From Amphiscolops sp. MND2022 (lineage: Eukaryota), in the NCBI GenBank assembly GCA_964187785.1, contig OZ076409.1, forward strand, positions 23,066,001-23,130,000: 64,000 nt of DNA. The letters run 5' to 3'. Numbering within the stretch: the stretch's first letter is position 1; each line of letters starts with the position of its first letter. A program made the position numbers and the translations under genes. A model generated the notes under the pieces. The model was not told the origin of the DNA. It was given only the letters and a program-made list of their open reading frames with translations, and made no database searches. Shown in pieces: positions 12,508-25,950 of this stretch.

Positions 12508-13692
12508 TGTGATAATCCTCTTCTGAAGCTATTATTTCGTCTTCTAAGTTCAGTTCGTTTTGGTACAATGATTTGGCTGGATGTCTTAAATCGTTCATTT
12601 TTGAAGCTCTGAGAGGATTATCGTCGTTTTCTGATTCTGGATTTTTGTTATTAGATGCGCGAACTCCTATAGACCTCTCATTTTTGGATCCCGAATGTCT
12701 TTTTCAATATCACTTGTCTCCTGTTTCTTCTGTTTCCCATCTCACTCAAGTGAAAAACAAGGTTTTGTTGCCGAGAAATAGTTGAATTTCTTTGCAGTTT
12801 TATGATGAAGCAAAGTTCAATTGGTGAACAAAGTTGATGAAAATTGATTTACATGGCAGTTGGGTAGTTTCTTTTGAGAGTTACTGCTTTCAACTGAAGT
12901 TATTTTTTGGAATGATTGGTCTAAAACTGCACTAATGGTCTCAAAATTAAAAGTATGACACTCCTTTTTACAGGTATCATACAGGGATTTGCAAAAATAG
13001 AATTACGTCAGGAGACGTCATTCTATTTATATCTCAAGAAATATAGAGCACTAAGACCCTAGAATTCAATAAATAGCATCATACAAACGGTTATTTTAAA
13101 CGCAATTTAGATTACTCTAGCAACACTGGTATTTGTAGCTAATACTGCTGAATCCACACAGTGACGAGTATACGTCACTACTCGAACCGCAGAGTGACGT
13201 ATAGTGTTGTGACGTATAGTGACGAGTACTCGTCGCACCTCGAACCGTAGGATGCCGCATAGTGAACTTGACAAAAATGCATAATGACGAGTATGCGGTA
13301 CTACTCGAACCGCATAGTACCGCATAGTCACTAGCACAAAATGGTAATTAAGCCAAATTGGGCTAGACAAGAATCATTATTACGTAACATAATACTCATT
13401 AGCACGTGTTTGCTCTACTCTAACCTGGGTTTTATGCAATCATAAGCTCTCAATTGTATGTAATGATGAATGAAATTTACGCTTCTAATACTTCAGATGT
13501 ATAACAAGCTGAAATCCGTATGAAATTTGGTTAACAAATATGAAGTTACATCACGAAAGTAAGAAGCTGGGGTATTAGTTTATAGTCCTTGTTGACCATC
13601 TAAAATTCATGAATGTCTGGAAATCGGGTTTTGCAGTTCTCGTTTTCTTAAGAATTGCCCAATGGCACCAGCACAACAGTGAGGTTGTGACA
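12508..13692 (-). repeat. 3' LTR (1185 bp)
   Basis: Near-identical to 15105-16289; preceded on the minus strand by purine-rich AAAAGTGTGGGAC; contains short tandem GTGACGAGTA/CTCGAACCG repeats at ~13150-13330. Confidence 0.92.
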
Positions 13693-14796
13693 GTCCCACA
13701 CTTTTAAAAGAAAACAGAGCTGCCTCAAACCCGTCGAAAACTGTTCTGGACCGTACACTCCTGTCCTTGACTGTCGTCCCGTCGTAGGCAGTTGGTAAGA
13801 GATGTTTGTCCCGGTGCTTCCATTCTTCAACATTTGTCCCGCACTCCAAAAGTGCGTGATCAGTTCGGTTCATTTTGATTTTGTATTGCAGTATAGTTTT
13901 AAAGTAAATTAGGATTTTGATGGAGACTCTTCAATCCTGAGGAAATCCGATAGGGCTTGCATGTCAAGTAGAAATTTATTGTCGTGGAGTACCAATCACC
14001 AACGAGAACGTCATTTCCTGAGTTCGTTTGGGTCGTTTCCAATTCTGACATTTTTCTGTCACAAATTTTCCATTCCCCCGGTTTTTTGAAGTTTGATTTT
14101 TTGACTAGTCTTTGATTTTAGTGCTAAGCTGGCCAGGCTAGCATTGGAGATGTCTTAATTTGATTCAGACAACATCCGGGTTTCTTTTGGAGTATTTTCA
14201 TACTTCCGAAATTAATTTGAAGCATTTTTCAACGCTTCAGGATTCTTGTGGGAGCACTTTCCAATACTTGCTGTATGAAGTAAGTAGGTTCATGCTTCCG
14301 GATTTCAGTTGAAGCATTTTTCAACGCTTCAGGATTCTTGTGGATGCACTCAAATACTTGCGGTTTGAAGTACGCTCATGCTTCCGAACTTAATTTTTGT
14401 TTCTGTTTTTGCACAAGAAATGAAACGAAATTTTGTTTTGGTTGAACTCAATGTTACTGGAAAATTGCCGGGACGATCGCCCACTAGTGAATATTTTCCT
14501 TTCTTCAACGTGCCAGCCACTATATTTGTTCCCGAATATCCACAATTTATTGAGTCAATGCTTTAATTAATACTCAGCAAGGAAAGTCAGATAAGTTGAA
14601 TTTGTGTCAGTTGTTTTCAAACTGTATACGATTGTGTAGATTGGGTTATGATTTGAACCAAAAATGTATTTTCCAGCGTTTATTCGTTCGCGTCTTGTTG
14701 TGTTTGCTTTGTAATGAGGTATTTTAGGAGTTTTCTGGGGTCGTTTGTCTGTTTTTGTGTGTAGATTCGTTTTGTATTATTGAGTTTTTGGTGTAA

Positions 14797-15195
14797 CTAA
14801 ATCATCATCATCTGTTCGTTGGATTTTCTATCAAAATTTTTCTTTTGGTGCAGTGGGTTGTTCCACTGGGCTCCCCCACTCTTTCTTGAACTAATGAGGG
14901 AGGGAGGGTGGTTGTTTTGGGTGAAAAAGCAACGGTTGAGAGTATCCAGTTTCTTTATTGCTATTGCCATTTGGTTATTTGGGTCAAACTGTGTTTTCGT
15001 TGAAGTTGATGTGTCTTGGCTTGCGTGGGACCCTGTCGTGTCGTATAAAAATTGAGCATTTTGCAAGATTTGTCTTCGGAGTTGTCGATTGGCTCCTGTC
15101 ACCATGTGATAATCCTCTTCTGAAGCTATTATTTCGTCTTCTAAGTTCAGTTCGTTTTGGTACAATGATTTGGCTGGATGTCTTAAATCTTTCAT
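14797..15195 (-). pseudogene. Putative N-terminal gag remnant reading from inside the LTR through the PBS
   Basis: ORF ...ASEEDYH|MVTGANRQ spans the LTR end and PBS; gag assignment is positional only. Confidence 0.5.
15091..15104 (-). promoter_or_regulatory. Primer binding site
   Basis: TGGTGACAGGAGCC immediately after LTR end ...ATCACA on the minus strand; cognate tRNA not assigned. Confidence 0.7.
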
Positions 15196-16289
15196 TTTTG
15201 AAACTCTGAGAGGATTATCGTCGTTTTCTGATTCTGGATTTTTGTTATTAGATGCGCGAACTCCTATAGACCTCTCATTTTTGGATCCCGAATGTCTTTT
15301 TCAATATCACTTGTCTCCTGTTTCTTCTGTTTCCGATCTCACTCAAGTGAAAAACAAGGTTTTGTTGCCGAGAAATAGTTGAATTTCTTTGCAGTTTTAT
15401 GATGAAGCAAAGTTCAATTGGTGAACAAAGTTGATGAAAATTGATTTACATGGCAGTTGGGTAGTTTCTTTTGAGAGTTACTGCTTTCAACTGAAGTTAT
15501 TTTTTGGAATGATTGGTCTAAAACTGCACTAATGGTCTCAAAATTAAAAGTATGACACTCCTTTTTACAGGTATCATACAGGGATTTGCAAAAATAGAAT
15601 TACGTCAGGAGACGTCATTCTATTTATATCTCAAGAAATATAGAGCACTAAGACCCTAGAATTCAATAAATAGCATCATACAAACGGTTATTTTAAACGC
15701 AATTTAGATTACTCTAGCAACACTGGTATTTGTAGCTAATACTGCTGAATCCACACAGTGACGAGTATACGTCACTACTCGAACCGCAGAGTGACGTATA
15801 GTGTTGTGACGTATAGTGACGAGTACTCGTCGCACCTCGAACCGTAGGATGCCGCATAGTGAACTTGACAAAAACGCATAATGACGAGTATGCGGTACTA
15901 CTCGAACCGCATAGTACCGCATAGTCACTAGCACAAAATGGTAATTAAGCCAAATTGGGCTAGACAAGAATCATTATTACGTAACATAATACTCATTAGC
16001 ACGTGTTTGCTCTACTCTAACCTGGGTTTTATGCAATCATAAGCTCTCAATTGTATGTAATGATGAATGAAATTTACGCTTCTAATACTTCAGATGTATA
16101 ACAAGCTGAAATCCGTATGAAATTTGGTTAACAAATATGAAGTTACATCACGAAAGTAAGAAGCTGGGGTATTAGTTTATAGTCCTTGTTGACCATCTAA
16201 AATTCATGAATGTCTGGAAATCGGGTTTTGCAGTTCTCGTTTTCTTAAGAATTGCCCAATGGCACCAGCACAACAGTGAGGTTGTGACA
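15105..16289 (-). repeat. 5' LTR (1185 bp)
   Basis: Only a handful of substitutions versus 12508-13692; followed directly by TGG PBS on the minus strand. Confidence 0.92.
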
Positions 16290-17547
16290 TCACGTAATTT
16301 TTTTCGGAAGTTTTTAATCCAACCATTCTGTCTGTAACAAAATATTTTTGACGAAACTTTGTTTGAATTGAGGGTTTCATAACATGAGTGTTATTTTTAT
16401 GCCACGTTCTAGCTGCCTGCACAACAAACTAATTTTTCTGAAGAAATTTTTTTCGAAAGTAATTTACTGAAGTATCTGAGTCTTCTAATGATTATTTGAC
16501 ACCGTTTTCTTGGGGGTTTGTAACTTGTAACCAGTCAAAGAACTCTTCTTTTAGTTCGTCTGAAAGAGCAATTTTTCATCTCGGCAAAAAATCCTTGTGT
16601 CTGATAAATTGCTATAAAAGTATATTGAAGTATACTTCAAAAAAGATGCATTTAAATTCGCACAATGCTCATGCTGAAGCTATTATATAAACTTTGAAGT
16701 ATTTCCACGGTGAATCGCGGTATCTCGACTGTTTTTTCGCTTTCCTCTAGGCTCCATTTAATTTTTCAACTTTTTTCCTTTCATCAGAAAAAATTGGCTG
16801 GAAGAAAACTGAAAAAACCGCAAGCTTCCTCGTTCACTTCATACTTGACTTCAAAATGTCAAATTGGATACTGTTAATAAAAGTCTTTCTCTTCGAAAGT
16901 CATCATGATTGCAACAAGGAATCAAAGTGGGAATTCCCACTTAAAATATCAGTTGTTTAGACGATGAGTTGTAATTGTTCTAATTAACCCTTGTATTTGT
17001 TCACTCTGTTAAAATAGGAACAGTTCCGAATAGAATAGGAGAGAAAATATGCAGTAAAAATAACTAAAATTGCCAGCTGTTGGCCTTATGAACACCGAGG
17101 AACAGGCTCAAGCTTGCAAATACAAGACATGAGAGTCTGCAATATGCGAAGCGGTTCAACTCTAAAGTTGTAATACTGGAAGCAAAACCTTGATTGAAAG
17201 AAAATACTTTGAGAAAATGTTTGCTAGGATCTCACAATGATTTGTAATCCTTGCAAGATCTTCCATGGAATTCAAGGAAAATGCACTACCTTGCAGAATT
17301 TTTAAAAATTCTTGCAATGTTCTTTGAAGGAAAGTCTTTTTTTCTCTCAAGCTAAGAAGCCTCGCTGTGATTGCTGTTTATTATGAAAAGACGTCCCTTT
17401 TGGATTTTTTAGAACTGAAGTGTGTAATTGGGAAATTGAATGGCAGTTTTTTGAATGCTGCAATGTCCCAACTCAGCCATTCTGTCAAATAAAAAAATTG
17501 AAAAAGGAACTATGACGTAAACAGACCTTTTTAACTGAACAACGGAG

Positions 17548-18074
17548 TATAGATCGTTTCAAGAAGTTCGCGAGACTAGAACTAATTAATCGTCGGTGAA
17601 AATATCTTTTGTGAAGTCAAAAAAGAAATGTCGATGGCACCAGTTAACTCTCCTATCTTTTTGAGCATTCGTAAGAACGTCTTGTACAGCAACACGGTTT
17701 CTAATGTCGCGATTTTTCAAGAAACGGTGAGCCGTGGCATTGGAGACAAGTCGTCTGGCTGTAAGCTAAAGGTCAGAAAGCCGGAGTTTTGAGTTTCGAT
17801 TAACGCCGCCCAGAAGCTGACGCTTGGTTCGTCTTGGGAGTACAGATTTTTGACCAAATTGGACTTTTTTCTGCCCAATACGTGGCTTCAGGATTCCTCT
17901 AAGTGTTGACACGGAAATCGAGAAAATCCGAGCAACTGCTAAGTTTGCATAATCCGGGTTTGCATCTTTAAAACGGTATATCCGTTTTGCAAAGGTCGTT
18001 TGCCTCGCAAGGTTCCAGAAATTGATATGATAGCATCGCTAATTAAAAGACTGATACCTAGTCTCGCGAACTTT
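17548..18074. mobile_element. MITE whose right TIR is split by the 17.6-kb Gypsy insertion (remainder at 35690-35707)
   Basis: Left TIR TATAGATCGTTTCAAGAAGTTCGCGAGACTAG; right TIR = CTAGTCTCGCGAACTTT (to 18074) + TTTTTGAAACGATCTATA (35690-35707). Confidence 0.85.
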
Positions 18075-18806
18075 TGTTACGGCAACTGCTGATGTCAACA
18101 GTTTTCATTAATTTTCAACAAAGTACCAAAATTTCGTTCAAATCTGACATGCAGCCTGAACATGTTTGCGGTCAAAGACCTGTCAGAAAACAGCCTCAAA
18201 AGTGATGAGAAGCCGCCCGCGAGAACAAAAACAGCAATACCAGCAGCTAATACAGCTATTTTGACGATTTTTCACGGTATCGTGCCTATCTCCGACAAGA
18301 TTTCTCTACTTTTGTAGCAGAAACCCGTGAATCCAGATGTCTGCCTGAAGATCCCTGTGATGATCTGTGGTGCTACCAGCTCGAGCGCTGGGTATTATTT
18401 TTGCTCTTTCCACGAAGAACGGACTCAAACTGTTATAATTGATGTATTTGTGGTAGTTTAGATTGATATGCTCGAGAGCTGTCTAAATACATCTGTGCTA
18501 TAGTTCATTATTGACGACTTGTCAGATTTCCCTAAGCTATGCTTTAACTCTAATTCAGTCTGTCGGCCCCCTTTTGGAGGCTAATTAAGCAGTGGTCTTC
18601 GGCCCAAGGAAGATGCTTGTTATTCTTAGCAGTTACAGACTGGAACCAGGCCAGAGAGCACTCTATAAGACGGTTCCCCACCCTAGAACTGGCTCCCTTG
18701 GAGGTAAAATGAGCTAGGGCCGTGGAGAGCTGAGTCCCGGATCATATTCACAGTTCTAGTTCCTCCACTTCTAAGTTTCGGTTAAGCGCCAGCGCTTGTC
18801 GTTACA
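18075..18806 (+). repeat. 5' LTR (732 bp)
   Basis: TGTTACGGCAAC...CTTGTCGTTACA; roughly 90% identical by eye to 34953-35689. Confidence 0.95.
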
Positions 18807-18821
18807 TAGAAACTCATTTTT

Positions 18822-18839
18822 TGGCGACCACAGAGGGAT
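18822..18839 (+). promoter_or_regulatory. Primer binding site, complementary to a tRNA-Arg-like 3' end
   Basis: TGGCGACCACAGAGGGAT; reverse complement ends ...GTGGTCGCCA, resembling eukaryotic tRNA-Arg(TCG) 3' ends. Confidence 0.75.
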
Positions 18840-21411
18840 CTTCTTGGGAAGCTTTCCCGAGCAGTTTTTAAAAGAACTGGCCCCCTGGTGATCAGTGCCA
18901 AGCCTGTTTTGACTCTGACAAAGAAGGAGAGAGCAGATTTGTACCTTTTTTCAGCCGTATTACGTCCTACCGGAAGCCGAAATGGTGTTGAGCTAGAGAA
19001 AACCCGAAAAAATCTCGTTTTCACGTGCGAAAATGGCATTTTTAGGTGTTTTTGAGAAGAAATTGCCAAATTTCTGTGATGTGTTGTGTGCCCATCAGCG
19101 GGTATCTTTTTGCAGGTGTAGACAACCGTACCACGTGGCTACGGGTGTTTACCAGGTTTTTTAAGCTTTTTTCAGCCATTTTATGACATGCAAGAGGGTG
19201 ACTGGTGGATGGTTAGCCACGAGCCAGCGCGGCGGAGGAGGGGTCAAATCGTGTGTTGCAGACTTTCTACTCCCATTTCTCGTGGAGACGTTCTAGAGGT
19301 ATGGTTTTTGGTGGACAGCAAGTGCAAAAGTGCAAGAGTAGACAATGCTAATGGTTCAAACTGCGTGTCTCTAACTGGTCTAGATGTAGAGAAAAAGCGT
19401 GGCGAAGATGCACCCCCTGTGACCGGAAGTGTCGCTCAAATGGCTCATGGTAGCGAAAGTTTTGGAAATGCACCTTATTCGACGGGGAATTGTTGGTGCA
19501 GGTCAGTAAAATTTTTCTGCGAAGGTAACGACATCCTATGAAGTGTTTTTCTGCGAAAAAGCACTTTTGAGAAAAAACCTCATTTTTACTGTTTTTTGGT
19601 GTTTTTCTTGGTTTTGAGCACTCGTGCTCACTGAAACCAAGAGAACCTCGTGAAAAGTGTTGTAAACAGCAACTACAAGGTTCGAGAAAGCTGGTACAAG
19701 TTGCACAAAGCACCGTTCTGGCTCTTGTTTGTAGAAAAAGTGCAAATATTGTGCCAGAAAATTGCAAAAAAGTGGAAAAAGGGTCGAAAGAGTACCCAAA
19801 AACACAAATGTACACGTATGTAAAAGCATGAAAAGTCGGTGTACAGTAGTTCCTTGAGCGCTGCTAACCTACAGAGCACTAATTACAATTTCTATAGCGA
19901 ATTCAGGCAGCCTGAGGCTGATACTGTGTGCAAAACCTGCAATTTTAGGCATTGAATAGTGCATTGTGTGAAAGTCTTTGGAGTGAAACTTAATCGGCTT
20001 TGGGGAACCTGCGTATCCTCAATTTCAATTAATATAGTGAAAACTGAAAACAACGTATGGTGGTGACAACCGCATGTAAAAACTCCCATTCAGTGCTGAG
20101 AAAATTGGAAAAACTCACTGAATTGGATCAATTTTCCACAAAACCGGGCAGTCTCTGTTTTAGGGTTGGGTCACTGATTCCTGAACCCTAGCTAAAAAGT
20201 GGTTGCATTGTCGTAACTACCACTAAAATAAACGCTAGTGCCGAAAATTTGATGAGCGTATCGGTCACCAAAGTCGAGACAAGCTCTCTGACGTTTCGAT
20301 CTCAGAAAAGCGAAAAAAAGAGCCAAAAAAACCAAAACTACAAGACTGTCAGTGCCCTATACCTAACGGGCAAAACCAATTGGAGGTCTATCCCAGTGCT
20401 ACGAAAAATGGGGCAACAGGTTGGTCCCTTTTTGCCTGTCGTATCACTTTCTGAGGTGACTCCCTTAGCCAATTTGTAAAAAAAAATGCAAAAATAATGT
20501 TTTTTCGTGTGTAACGTCAATATGGGGTCGAAACCTTAAATAAACCTGCGCACTTCAATTCGACTATTTCAGTGGCATTGCTGGCACTCACTGACAAAGA
20601 CAACCAAGTTTAGTGACAATTTGTACCGTACTTGTTGAGAAAATAGCAAAAACGTGAGACCCAAGAAAGTAAGCAAAAAGTCGGGTTTTTCGCATTTTTT
20701 CCGAGTAACCCCGGTATCCTAACCAAAGGGTGGGATCAAATTGCTAGTCATCATCGTGCTTTGTGCTAATTACTACGTTGCTGCAGAGAATTTGAGCTTG
20801 CTACCATTTCCTAGTGGACTGCAATCTTGAAATTGACGTGAAAAACAGTGTATTTTGGTACATGGTGGTACCTAGGTGGAATTGTGCGGAAAGGGCGCAG
20901 CGCAAATCTGTGTTCATTTTCGTAAACCTACGTGTACCTAAAATCTGCTGGTGGTCAATTTTGGGCCTGGTACGGCGCTTCCAGTGCGCACACGAGCCAC
21001 TTGAGTGTTGTTGTGAAATTTTTGGAAAATTCAAAAATTCTTTGGAAATCTTCCTGTTGGCGCCCAAAGACAAAACTTCTTAAACTAAGTCAATTTTCTG
21101 GCCCAGTGTGCTTGTGGGAAAGTGCTGTTCAAGTTTGAACGTCCTACTAGCCTTTAAACGTGTTTCGGAAAACCTCAGACGTTGAAAAGCGTCATTTCCC
21201 TTAGGTCTTCACCGAGACGAGTAAGGAGCTACCTTCAAGGGAGGCCCCAGGTGCCTTCAGAAACCTTTTGTAAACCTCTGTTTTCTGTGTAAAAGTGTAC
21301 TGGGTGGTGATCTGCACCCTGCTGGCGCGCTCAGTGAACTAGCGGAGGAAATGGGGTTTCCGGCACTTGTCTTTACTTGTAGTTGTGTGTTCCTGGAGCT
21401 CGCTAGCGACC

Positions 21412-23137
21412 ATGGTGTGGCACCCTAGTGTCATACGCCGTCTGCGATCAGTATTTCGAGGACGTGATGATAGTTCGCTACTGCTGATTGAGTCGCTTGT
21501 CTCCACAGAGGAAGATTGTGTTGGCTCGACCCAACGTGAAAGATCCAGTAGCACCGAGGATCTGAACCTGCAACAATGGTCTTCGCATGAGTCGTCGATG
21601 GATAGTTCACGTTATTCAGGAGAAACGTCTGATGTAGTATCGCTAGAGCAACAACGCACGGAGGAGTTGGCAGCAATAGCTCCCCCCTCCGAATGTTCAG
21701 TCGTATCCGAAGCTTGGAGCAGGAGACGTACCCCGTGCGCGGAGCGTGGCCGATTCTGCTGTTTCATCCCAACGATCATCTGTCTTTAAAGCCGCAGTAC
21801 TTCGAAACCAGCTGCCGAGGTCAGACTTAAGGACTCAATGCTTACCATGCCTGATACTGGGCGCAAGCCTGCACGAGTGCAGATGAAAGGACCTCATGAC
21901 TCCAGTTCAGCCGGGCAATCCACAATCAAGGCGTGGACCCTACCACTATCTATCTGGATTCTTCTATTGATGCTGATTTGTCAAGTACCAAAGCTACTTT
22001 GCGATCTCAAACCGATGATGCCGCATATTTGTCGGCACAGACTATGTTCTCTGGACCGAGTTCCTTGTATCTGACAGCAGGTAATGAAGTGCCCTCGGTC
22101 AACCCCTGCGCGAGCAGCACTCGCAAGAAGGAGCCGGAGACCATGGATTTGTCTGTTCAAGCTACCCAAAGCAGTGACGACGCAACACGTGATCTGGAAC
22201 CGAAAGAAGACGTTGAGGTTTTCTCCCCCGAGCAATTGAAATTCACTGGCGCCATCTCAAAGGCCATGTAAGGAGTTAGCCCCCTTGCTATCTGGCAGGG
22301 ATCTGGCGCAAACGAGGCCTAGTGTGTATAGAGGCTCGGAGGACGGGTCCATCGATGGGTGGATTCTGGTAATGCGGAGATATGTGAAACGGTCAAAAAC
22401 TTCGCTGGATGATCAGGCTTGGAGCATTATTGGACACCTTGAAGGTGAAGCTCGCAACTACATCATCAATAAAGCTGAGTCTGAACGCAACACCCCAGAG
22501 AACGTAATTGAGCTGCTGTCCAGTCGCTTCGGCACCGGGTGTAATCGCATGCAGGTGCGCCAGGCGTTCCTAAGCCGCGCCCAACATAAAAAAGAAGATT
22601 GGATGCAATATTTAGATGTTTTGGAAGGTCTTCGTAGTCAAGGATTTCCACAGGAGTCCACCACTACCAAGCGCAATGAAATCCTGCAGCGCTTCATGGA
22701 ATCGCCCTAAGGGAAATCAACAACCTTATGACCCTAGGCTAGCTATGAGATCTCGAACTCATCCTTTTGTAGTTTTGCAGCCTGAAAAGATGGTATTACC
22801 ACAAAGGGTATTACTCCCACCTCCCACACCACCTTTGAATGCACTGGCAGCTCCTGCCGTCGTCACTCCTGCCAGAGCACTGGTGGGTGATTGCTTCAAT
22901 TGTGGACAAAACAGGCTTTTCGCTGGCAAGTGTCCCAATCGAGATCAGGCTCGTAAGCCTGGTGGTGCCCAGCCCAACTTGGATGAGGCAGTGAAAGACA
23001 CCATGGAAGACTATGCTGAAGGTGTAGCCGGAAAATGTTCCGGAGTACAGTTCTGTGTGAACTGTGTGATGATGGATCACGAGGCATCGCAGTGTATGGA
23101 AAACCCTGTGAGCAATGACTTTGCTTTTAGTCGGTAG
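21412..23137 (+). pseudogene. gag: gag (long Ser-rich N-terminus, capsid, two zinc knuckles), frameshifted
   Basis: Capsid-like PSVYRGSEDGSIDGW...HLEGEARNYI...LLSSRFG...QHKKEDWMQYL; CFNCGQNRLFAGKC and CVNCVMMDHEASQC knuckles. Confidence 0.85.
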
Positions 23138-23622
23138 GCCAAGACTGACGCAGCCGGTATTGCCACTCAAACTATGCCTGCCGAAGATGATCGAGTATTA
23201 GAGCTGCGTCCTGCAGAGCTACCCGCTTTGAATCCTCCTCTAACTGTTACTTGTGGTGAGAAGCAAGTACGAACAAGTCTGGAACCGACTACATTCGACC
23301 GCTTGGCCGGACTCTCATATCTGTTCATTTGGTGTTGGCAGCCGAGAAAAAACAACGTCCCAACTTGACAATACGTGAATTGTGGTTGGAGCTAGTTGCT
23401 AATCCTGCCTACAAGCAAATCGATATGAGACGACCCGACGAATGGTGCGGGGAGGGTGAAACAAAAACTTTGTCCTCATATGCCTCTGTGCCCGTAAACG
23501 CTACTTTGATGGTGTCGACATGACATTTGATGCCTGTGTGGTCATGGACATGTTCCCTCCTGGAATACGCCTAGGTCCTCAAAAACTGAAATGTTACAAT
23601 ATCATTCGACAAGAACCTACTG

Positions 23623-23960
23623 GTGAAGCCCGTATTGGCGAGAGCTGCGCCCATACCTTTGCGAGGACTGGTGGACACCGGTTCCGGTGTATCTATTCTG
23701 ACGTTCTCAGCTTTCAACAGGTTTGCAGTGCACACTGGTGCTGCACTCCGTCCCTGCCGTATCGATCTGTATGCTGCCAATGGGAAAACCATTAAGACGC
23801 TCGGGATGGTAGAGCGTGTGCGCTTCCAGTTGGGCGACTACGAATTGCAGACCAACTGTGTGATGGTGGATGATGCAATGGGAGTCGAGGACTTCCTGCT
23901 GGGGCGAATCTTGCTTCGGACCTTTCAAGTCTCGGTTGATTTGACGGCCATGAGGATAGT
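23623..23960 (+). pseudogene. pol: Aspartic protease (retropepsin)
   Basis: LVDTGSGVS active site, AANG flap, DFLLGRILL motif. Confidence 0.9.
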
Positions 23961-24583
23961 GGTGCAAGCGCCCGTGAAGCCCGTATGGCTTTACGCCCAT
24001 ACTCATGTTGGTGACTCTGATACTGCAATCCTAGTAATTCTAGCTCAGGAAGTTGTTTTACAACGTTTCCAGAGCTAGAGCTACCGTGGTCACCAAAGAT
24101 CTGGAATCTCTTATTTTTCAGACTGTGGCGCTTAACGCCTCCCTGTCTGACATGTCTTTTCGTAATGTCGTCTTTTCAGAGGACAATATGGCCACTGTTG
24201 GCGGAACAGACTCACTGTATGTCAACCTAATTAACCTGACAAGCAACCCACAGCGTGTGCGGTGTGTCACGCCGCTGGGCACCGTAGTGCCGGTATCTTT
24301 AGTGTAACAGGCTGTGCCCCAGGAGGTGGATGGCATTCCCGAAAAAAGCAAGAAAACTGAAGCCAACAAAGGTCGCGCAAATTTTGTTTACAAGATGTAT
24401 AATCAAATGAATCTATCAACTGAATCTGAGTTAACGTTTTCATCCGAATTTACGTCTTCGTCTTCCACTGATCCGAGTGAGATTCGCAGGCACACCGATT
24501 CGGAGCTGATGGCTCCGATTTCTGGACCAGACTTTCAGTTACAGGAAATTAAGGACTTGTGGGGCGCTAGCGCCTGTTAGTCT

Positions 24584-25550
24584 TTGGGAAAAACACTTAT
24601 TGAATTCGATGATTTGTTCATGAAGCATAAAGCTGACATCGGTCGGTGCACAATCGCCAAACATCCGGTTGAGGTAGAGCCTGGGGCTATACCGCATCGT
24701 GAAGGTGCACGGATGATTTCTCCTGAGAAGGCCGAACGCGCCAATCAAGAAGTGCGTAACCTCTTTACCTTGAGGTTGATACAGCCTTCGCTGTCCCCTT
24801 GGGCGAGTGACATTGTGATGGTTAAAAAGAAAAAATGGGGAGTTGCGCTTCAGCTGCGACTTCCACCTCTTGAATGACGTAACCATCAAAGATGCCTATC
24901 CTTTGCCTCGCATAGATGAGAGCCTGGCACCACTAGGCAAAGCCGAGATCTACACTAGTACTGATCATGCCTGGACATTTTGGAAAATTTCTGTGAGGAA
25001 GGCCGATCGCAACACGACGGCTTTTGCCTGTGAACTAGGTCTCTTCGAATGGCGACGGATGCCTTTCGGAATGTGCAATGTTTCTGCCACTTTCCAGCGA
25101 GCGATAGCTAAAATTGTTAATCGAGAAGGCGGCATGGTAATGGCTTACAACGACGATTTTGTCATTGCCACCGAAACTGTGTAGGATCACATGGTGCGCT
25201 TGCGGGAGGTTTTCGAAAGCCTCGGCGAGGCCGGCTTCAAAATGCGAGTGGTCAAGTGTGATTTCATGAAGTCCAAAATCAAGTATTTGGGACGATTTGT
25301 CTCCGCGGAAGGAGTGAAACCTGATGCGAAGGCGATAGCAAAACTGCACGATTGGAAAACTCCTCGCAACAAGACGGAAATGCAGAGTTTCTTCGGCTTC
25401 GCCAACAACTATTGCGAGTTCATTCCGTGGCACGCCAAATTGGTTGCACCCTTGCATGCCGTCATTGGCCTCAAGGTCACTTTTGCATGGGGTCCCGAGC
25501 AGCGAAAGGCCTTCAATGAGATTGAGAACGCTTTGATCGAGGCGACTGCG
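24584..25550 (+). pseudogene. pol: Reverse transcriptase and connection, decayed
   Basis: IQPSLSPWAS, DAYPLPRIDE, TAFACELGLFEWRRMPFG, AYNDD (YxDD), KYLGRFVS, FFGFANNY. Confidence 0.95.
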
Positions 25551-25950
25551 TTAGCGCAACCTGACTCCGAAGGCGAATTTCTTTTAGAAACTGATGCCAG
25601 CGCAATGATCATTTCAGGCACTCTGCACCAGTGGCAAGGTCTTCCGGATAGCGTCGCCGTCGCCCCATAGTGTATGGTAGCACAAAACTGACCACTACTC
25701 AAGCAAAGTATGGAGCCTCCAAGCTGGAAATGTATGCCGCTTACCATTTCATCGTGAAAAACTATAGTTATCATTGTCCTCAAAAGTTCACCCTGTGGGT
25801 GGATAACCAAGCACTGTCATGGTTAAAAACTTATTTCTCTGATCAAGCACTGGTTGGCAGAGGGATCATGACACTCGACAAGTACCATTTCCAGGTGGAA
25901 CTTCACCCACGAACTCAGCATCGCAACCCCGATGGATTGAGTAAACGAAC
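25551..25950 (+). pseudogene. pol: RNase H
   Basis: FLLETDAS, YGASKLEMYA, FTLWVDNQAL, HRNPDGLSK. Confidence 0.9.

Larger units (their letters stand above)
12508..16289 (-). mobile_element. Internally deleted (non-autonomous) LTR retrotransposon, 3.8 kb, recent insertion
   Basis: Two 1185-bp direct repeats (12508-13692, 15105-16289) with TG...CA ends, 5-bp TSD TCACG on both sides, PBS and PPT-like tract on the minus strand. Confidence 0.92.
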
